Below are positions 58,978-64,000 of a DNA stretch of 64,000 bases, in pieces. The position numbers and the translations under genes were made by a program. Position 1 is the stretch's first letter. Every line of letters begins with the position of its first letter. Source of the DNA: the human T2T-CHM13v2.0 reference genome, Homo sapiens; NCBI RefSeq assembly GCF_009914755.1, contig NC_060945.1, one strand, 5' to 3'. The notes under the pieces are model-generated. The model was not told the DNA's origin. It saw only the letters and a program-made list of their open reading frames with translations, and did no database searches.

Positions 58978-60506
58978 CAGAAGGCCCATGAGGGGAAGGT
59001 GAGACACCTGGGGCAAAGAAGAAAAAAAAATGCGCCGCGAAGCGGTGTCTGGGTCATCCGGGGACGAAAGTTTTTTCCCATCAGCCCTTGCGCTGGGCCC
59101 CAGGGACCCGGGCATCCCTGGTTCACGCCCAGGGTGTGCCTCAGGCGACTAGGGGTACCCCAACTTGGACAGAAGGCCCATGAGTGGAAGTTGAAGTTTG
59201 TGGGAGGAGAGGTGAGGCACCAGGGGCAGAGAAAAAAAAAAAAAAAAGAGGACCGCGTCTCAGAGAAGCGGGGCCTGGGTCCCCCACGGATGAAAGTGCC
59301 TTCCCATCAGGCCCTATGCTGGGCCTGGTGGACCCTGGCGACCCTGGTTCGAGCCCAGGGTGCGCCTCGGGACAGCTTGGGGTACCACAAAGCGAACAAA
59401 AGGTCCATGAGGGGAAGGTGAGGCACCTGAGGCAGAGAAAAAAAACGCTCAGCCGAGAAGCAGTGCCTGCGTCCCCCACGGATGAAAGTGCCATCCCATC
59501 AGCCCCTTCGCTGGGCCCTGGGGACCCTGGCGTCCCTGGTTTGACCCTGGGGTACGCCTTGGGACAGTAGGGGTACCCCAAGGTGGGCAGAAAGCCCCTA
59601 AGGGGAAGGTGAGGCACCTGGGGCAGAGAAAAAAAGAAAAACTTCGCCGCGGAGAAGCACGGCCTGGGTGCCCCACAGACGAAAGTGTCTTCCCATCAGT
59701 CCCTGCACTGGGACCCAGGGACCCTAGTGTCCCTCGTTCGAGCTCAGGGTGTGCCTCGGCCGCTAAGTGCACCCCAAGGGGGGCTTTGGGGACACAAAGC
59801 CCGTGAGGGGAAGGTGAGTTTTGAGGGAGGAGAGGTGAGGCACCTGTCACAGAAAAAGAAAAAAAAGAAACCCGCGCCGCGGAGAGGTGGGGCTTGGGTA
59901 CCCCACGGATGAAAGTGCCTTCCCATCAGCCCCTGCACTGGGCCCCGGGGAACCTAGAGTCCCTGGTTCGAGCTCAGGGAGAGCCTCGGGCCACTAGGGG
60001 TACCCCAACGCGGTGGAAAGCCCATGAGAGGAAGGTGAGCTGTGAGGGAGGAGAGGTGAGACACTTGTGGCAGAAAAGAAAAAGAAACCGCGCCACGGAG
60101 AAGTGGGGCCTGGGTCTCCCATGGGAAAAAAGTGCCTTCCCATCAGTCCCTGAGCTGGGCCCCGTGGACCCAGGCGACCCTGGTTCTAGGCCTGGGTGCA
60201 CCTCGGGCCCGCTAGGTGTACCCCAAAGCGGGCAGAAGGCCCATGAGGTAAAGGTGAGGTTTGAGGGAAGAGAGGTGAGGCACCTGCGGCAGAAAAAAAA
60301 AAAAACGTGCGGAAGAGAAGCGGGGCCTGGTTCTCCCACGGACGAAAGTGCCTTCTCATCAGCCCCTGCGCTGGCCCCCTGGACTCTGGCGACCCTAGTT
60401 CAAGGACCAGAAGAGACTCTGGCATGCTAGGGTACCCTAAGGAAGCCAGAAAGCCCACGAGGGGAAGGCGAGATTTAAGGGAGGAGAGGTGAGTCACTTG
60501 TGGTAG

Positions 60507-60555
<49 letters not shown>

Positions 60556-60680
60556 GTATATATATATATACGTATATATATATATATGTATATATATATA
60601 TACGTATATATATATATATGTATATATATATATACGTATATATATATATGTATATATATATATATACATATATATATATG

Positions 60681-60713
<33 letters not shown>

Positions 60714-62410
60714 GTATATATCAGCACCTCGGAGAAGCCGGGCCTGGGTCCCCACTGATGAAAGTGCCTTCCCATCAGCCACTGCGCTAGCCCCGAGAAC
60801 CTGGCGACCCTGATTGGAGATCCGGCAGCGCCTCGGGCCTGCTCGTGGTACCCCAAAGCAGGCAGAAGGCCAATGAGGGGAAGGTGAGGCACCTGGGGCG
60901 GAGAAAAAAAACCGCAGCTTTGAGAAGTGGGGCCTGGGTACCCACGGATGAAGGTACCTTCCCATCAGCGCCTGCGCTAGGCCCCGGTGACCCTGGCATC
61001 CATGGTTCGAGTCCAGGGAGCGCCTTGGGCCGCTAGGGGTACCCCAAGTCGAACAGAAAGCCCATGATGGGAAGTTGACGTTTGAGGGAGGAGAGGTGAG
61101 GAACCTGTGGCAGAAAAAAAAAAGAAAACAAGCCGCGCCTAGGAGAAGCTGGGCCTGGGTCCCCCAAGAGTGAAAATGCCTTCCCATCAGTCCCTGCGCT
61201 GGGCCCTGTGGACGCTGGAGACCCCGGTTCGAGCCCCGGGTGCGCCTCGGGCCTGCTAGGGGTAACACAAGGCGGGCAGAAATCCCAGGAGGGGCAGTTG
61301 AGGTTTGAGGAAGGAGAGGTGAGGCACCTGTGGCAGAAAAAAAAAACTGCACCACGAAGAAGCGGAGCCTGGGTCCCCAACGGACGAAAGTGTCTTCCCA
61401 TCAGCACTTGCGCTGGGCCCAGGGGACCCTGGCATTCCTGGTTCGAGACCAGGGTGTGCTTCAGGCCGCTAGGGGTACCCAAAAGCAAGCAGAAGGCCCA
61501 TGAGGGGAAGGTGACGCACGTGGGGCAGAGAAAAAAACAACAACAACTGTGCCTCGGATAAGCGGGGCCTGGGTCCCCCACAGAAGAAACTGTCTTCCCA
61601 TCAGCGCTTGCACTGTGCCCCGGGGACCCTGGTATCCCTGGCTCGAGCCCAGCGTGCGCCTCGGCCTGCTAGGGGTACCCCAAGACAGACAGAAGGCCCA
61701 TGAGAGAAAGGTGAGACACCTGGGGCAGAGAATAAAATAAAAAACTGTGCCGCCCAGAAGTGGGGACTGGGTCCCACATGGACGAACGTCCCTACCCATA
61801 AGCCCTGCACTGGGCCCCGGAGACCCTAGCATCCCTGCCTCAAAACAACGGTGTGCCTCGGGTCGGCTAGGGGTACCTCAAGGCGGGCAGAAAGCCCATG
61901 ACGGGAAAGTGAGGCAACTGGGGAAAAAAAAAAAAAAAACGCCACAGAGAAGCAGAGCCTGGGTCCCCGAGGAAGAACGTGTCTTCCCATCAGCCACTGA
62001 GCTTGGCCCAGTGGAATCTGGCTTCCATGGTTCGAGACCAGGGTGTGCCCCGGGTCGCTAGGTGTACCCCAAAGCGTGCAGAAGGCACAAGAGGGGAAGG
62101 TGAGGCACATGGGGCAGAGAAAAAAAAAACCTGCCACGGAGAAGCGGGGACTGGGTCTTCCACACGGAAGAAAGTGTCTTTCCATCAGGCCTTGCGCTGG
62201 GCCTCAGGGACACTGGAGTCCCTGGTTCGAGCCCACAGTGCACCTCGGGCCGCTAGGTGTACCCCAAGGCAGACAGAAGACCCAAGAGGGGAAGGTGAGA
62301 TTTGAGGAAGGAGAGGTGAGGGATCTATGGCAGGAAAAAAAAAAAACCGCGCCACGGAGAAGCAGGGCATGGGTCCCCCACAGACGAAAGTGCCTTCCCA
62401 TCAGGCCCTG
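58978..62410. repeat. Gamma-satellite (GSATII-like) array, ~16 units of ~190-225 bp
   Basis: Recurring gaaggcccatgaggggaaggtgaggcacc...A-tract...cctgggtcccccacggatgaaagtgccttcccatcagccc...ggggtacccc. Confidence 0.8.
60523..60721. repeat. Interrupted (TA)n microsatellite within a gamma-satellite unit
   Basis: Directly visible; follows the A-tract at 60507-60522. Confidence 0.97.
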
Positions 62411-62419
62411 ATGGTTTGA

Positions 62420-62580
62420 GACAGAATGAGGAGTGACTAATGTCTACAGGGTTTTTCTCTGGTCGGGGGTGATAAGACGTTCTACAATGGATTGCGAATT
62501 AAAATTGAATGTGCACAACCACAGGTATACTAAAAGCCACTCAATTCATGACTTTTAATGGGGGAATCTTATGTGGCGCA
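62420..62580 (+). mobile_element. L1M 3'-end fragment
   Basis: gagtgactaatg..tacagggttt, tatactaaaagccactcaatt motifs. Confidence 0.6.
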
Positions 62581-62785
62581 CTCTAATGGAGACCACGGCA
62601 GACATAGTGAGAGAGAAAAAGGTGAGTAAATATCTGAAACGGAGGCAGAAACAGAGAGAATGAAAAGCCCTGTGAATGGAAGGGAGAGCGAAAAGGGAAA
62701 ATGGTCCTATTTACAAATGACAGATGTGAAACCGGGGTTCACATCAACAGTGTCACTGCCAGGAAGGAGGGTCATGCTAGCCATG

Positions 62786-64000
62786 TCACCGGTAGTGTGT
62801 CCCGCAGGGACGCCGACCTGCTGGAGCGTCGTGCCAGCATGGGCTCTGGCAGCCACGTGGGCCAGCAGGAGGGTCCTGCTGCACAGCTGTGGGGTGAGGA
62901 TAGACTGGGTGGTGATATCGGCCATTACAGGGGCCTCTTCTGCTGGCAAAAGTGTGACAGTAGCAAGTAGATGGACAGGCCTGCGTGTGAGGACGGAATG
63001 CAGGAGGGGCTCTTGTGCGGCTGGTTGTGGGGCCCTCACCGGAAATGTGGAGAAATGGCCATGTAACTGCGTCATGTGGGCTAGTAGATTGGCCAGGGCT
63101 TCGAACTGAAGGACAATAACGGGGAGTAGCTGTCAGGCCCTGGGAGTGTCTGAGTGTAAGTGGAGATGGGTTTGGGGTCACTGAGGGATGCGTGGGAGCC
63201 ATCCCTGTATAGGTACAGGTCATAGGGAGATAGTCTCGTGAGGCCTGTGAGTGTCTAGGGTTGTCCTGGGTGCCTGGGGCTGACTGTGGCAGAAATCCGG
63301 GGAAGGCTGGAGAGAAGCTGGGAGACCCAGGAGAGTCCCTGAAGGCAGGGGGTGAAGAGGTGAAAGAAATGGGGGAGGGTTGCAGTAAGGTCCGTGAGTT
63401 TGTAGGTGATTCCTGGGTGCGGGAAGCTGACTCCAGGTGAAATCTGGAGATGGTTGGAGAGTAGCTGAGAGAGACAGAAGAGTCCCTGAGGGCTGGGGGT
63501 GAGAACATGAGGGAGACTGGGGAGTAAGTCAGTGAAATTCGTGAGTTCGGTGGTGTATCGTGGGTGCCTGGAACTGACTCCAGCTGGAATCTAGAGAAGT
63601 TTTGACAGTAGCTGAAAGAGACACAAGAGTCCCTGTGGGCTGAGGGCAAAGACCTGAGAGAGACCAGGGAGGACCTCAGTGAAGTCTGTGAGTCTGTAGG
63701 TGATTCCGGAGTGTGGGAGGCTGACTCCCGCTGAAATCTGGGCGTGGTGGGAGAGGAGCTGGGACAGACAGGAGAGTCCCAGGGGGCTGGGGGTGAAGAC
63801 ATGAGAGAGACTGGGGAGTAACTCAGTGAAACTGCTGAGTTTGTAGGTGATACCTGGGTGCCTGGAACTGACTCCCGCTGAAATCTGGGCATGGTAGGAG
63901 AGTAGCTGGGACACACAGGAGAGTCCCTGAGGGCTGGGGGTGAAGACATGAGAGAGACCGCGGAGTAACTCAGTGAAACTGGTGAGTTTGGTGGTGACTC
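62786..64000 (-). CDS. Putative Ser/Pro/Thr-rich repeat protein ORF (49-aa units plus unique C-terminus), open to the window edge; coding status unproven
   Basis: 387 aa from ATG 63949 plus 17 further sense codons (ESPPNSPVSLSYSAVSL) to position 64000; five indel-free 49-aa units. Confidence 0.35.
   Translation of the reverse strand, partial: ESPPNSPVSLSYSAVSLMSSPPALRDSPVCPSYSPTMPRFQRESVPGTQVSPTNSAVSLSYSPVSLMSSPPAPWDSPVCPSSSPTTPRFQRESASHTPESPTDSQTSLRSSLVSLRSLPSAHRDSCVSFSYCQNFSRFQLESVPGTHDTPPNSRISLTYSPVSLMFSPPALRDSSVSLSYSPTISRFHLESASRTQESPTNSRTLLQPSPISFTSSPPAFRDSPGSPSFSPAFPGFLPQSAPGTQDNPRHSQASRDYLPMTCTYTGMAPTHPSVTPNPSPLTLRHSQGLTATPRYCPSVRSPGQSTSPHDAVTWPFLHISGEGPTTSRTRAPPAFRPHTQACPSTCYCHTFASRRGPCNGRYHHPVYPHPTAVQQDPPAGPRGCQSPCWHDAPAGRRPCGTHYR
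63215..64000. repeat. 147-bp tandem repeat (ACRO1-like satellite)
   Basis: ggagagtccc anchors at 63771 and 63918 (147 bp apart); more than 5 units, continuing past the window edge. Confidence 0.85.

Noticed and set aside
58550-59421. Arg/Ala-rich ORFs up to 261 aa
   Set aside because: Translations of TAR1 29-bp repeats and gamma satellite.
60186-61355. 389-aa minus-strand ORF and overlapping YIYIYI ORFs
   Set aside because: Reads through gamma satellite and the (TA)n tract; poly-F and YI runs are low-complexity artefacts and unit lengths vary freely.
63215-64000. 147-bp unit equals nucleosome core length
   Set aside because: Leaves no linker DNA and nothing in the sequence supports phasing; treated as coincidence.

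Overview
This is human/great-ape-type pericentromeric segmental-duplication mosaic DNA, not microbial sequence. Left to right: (1) 1-~20.8 kb is a 5'-truncated ANKRD20A-family gene copy on the minus strand. Six spliceable exons are still in frame, the ankyrin exons were not found, and a dead CCDC144-like exon lies in an intron. (2) ~20.9-25 kb is unassigned sequence with old repeats. (3) 25.0-33.8 kb is a SATR1/2-type ~70-76 bp satellite with a palindromic core. It flips orientation three times and carries an AluY plus a 2.9 kb scrambled mitochondrial insertion (12S, CYTB, CO1, tRNA cluster, CO3, tRNA-Gly, ND3) inserted at the palindrome apex. (4) 33.8-41 kb is L1/MER50/MER47 debris. (5) 41-51.5 kb is an Alu-dense block with two copies of the GTF2I/GTF2IRD2 first coding exon carrying expanded EDEES repeats. 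(6) 51.5-57.9 kb holds L1 fragments around a GC-rich ~300-bp-unit repeat that is bracketed by a 160-bp direct repeat. (7) 57.9-64 kb is a fossil chromosome end: degenerate (CCCTAA)n, TAR1, a gamma-satellite (GSATII-like) array, then a 147-bp ACRO1-like satellite that reads as an uninterrupted Ser/Pro/Thr-rich ORF running off the window. Family names come from my recall of consensus and protein sequences, not from a database search. Most listed ORFs are repeat-derived noise. I see no demonstrably new biological system; the best candidates are the satellite-encoded ORF, the palindrome-focused rearrangements and a possible GTF2I-ANKRD20A chimeric transcript.
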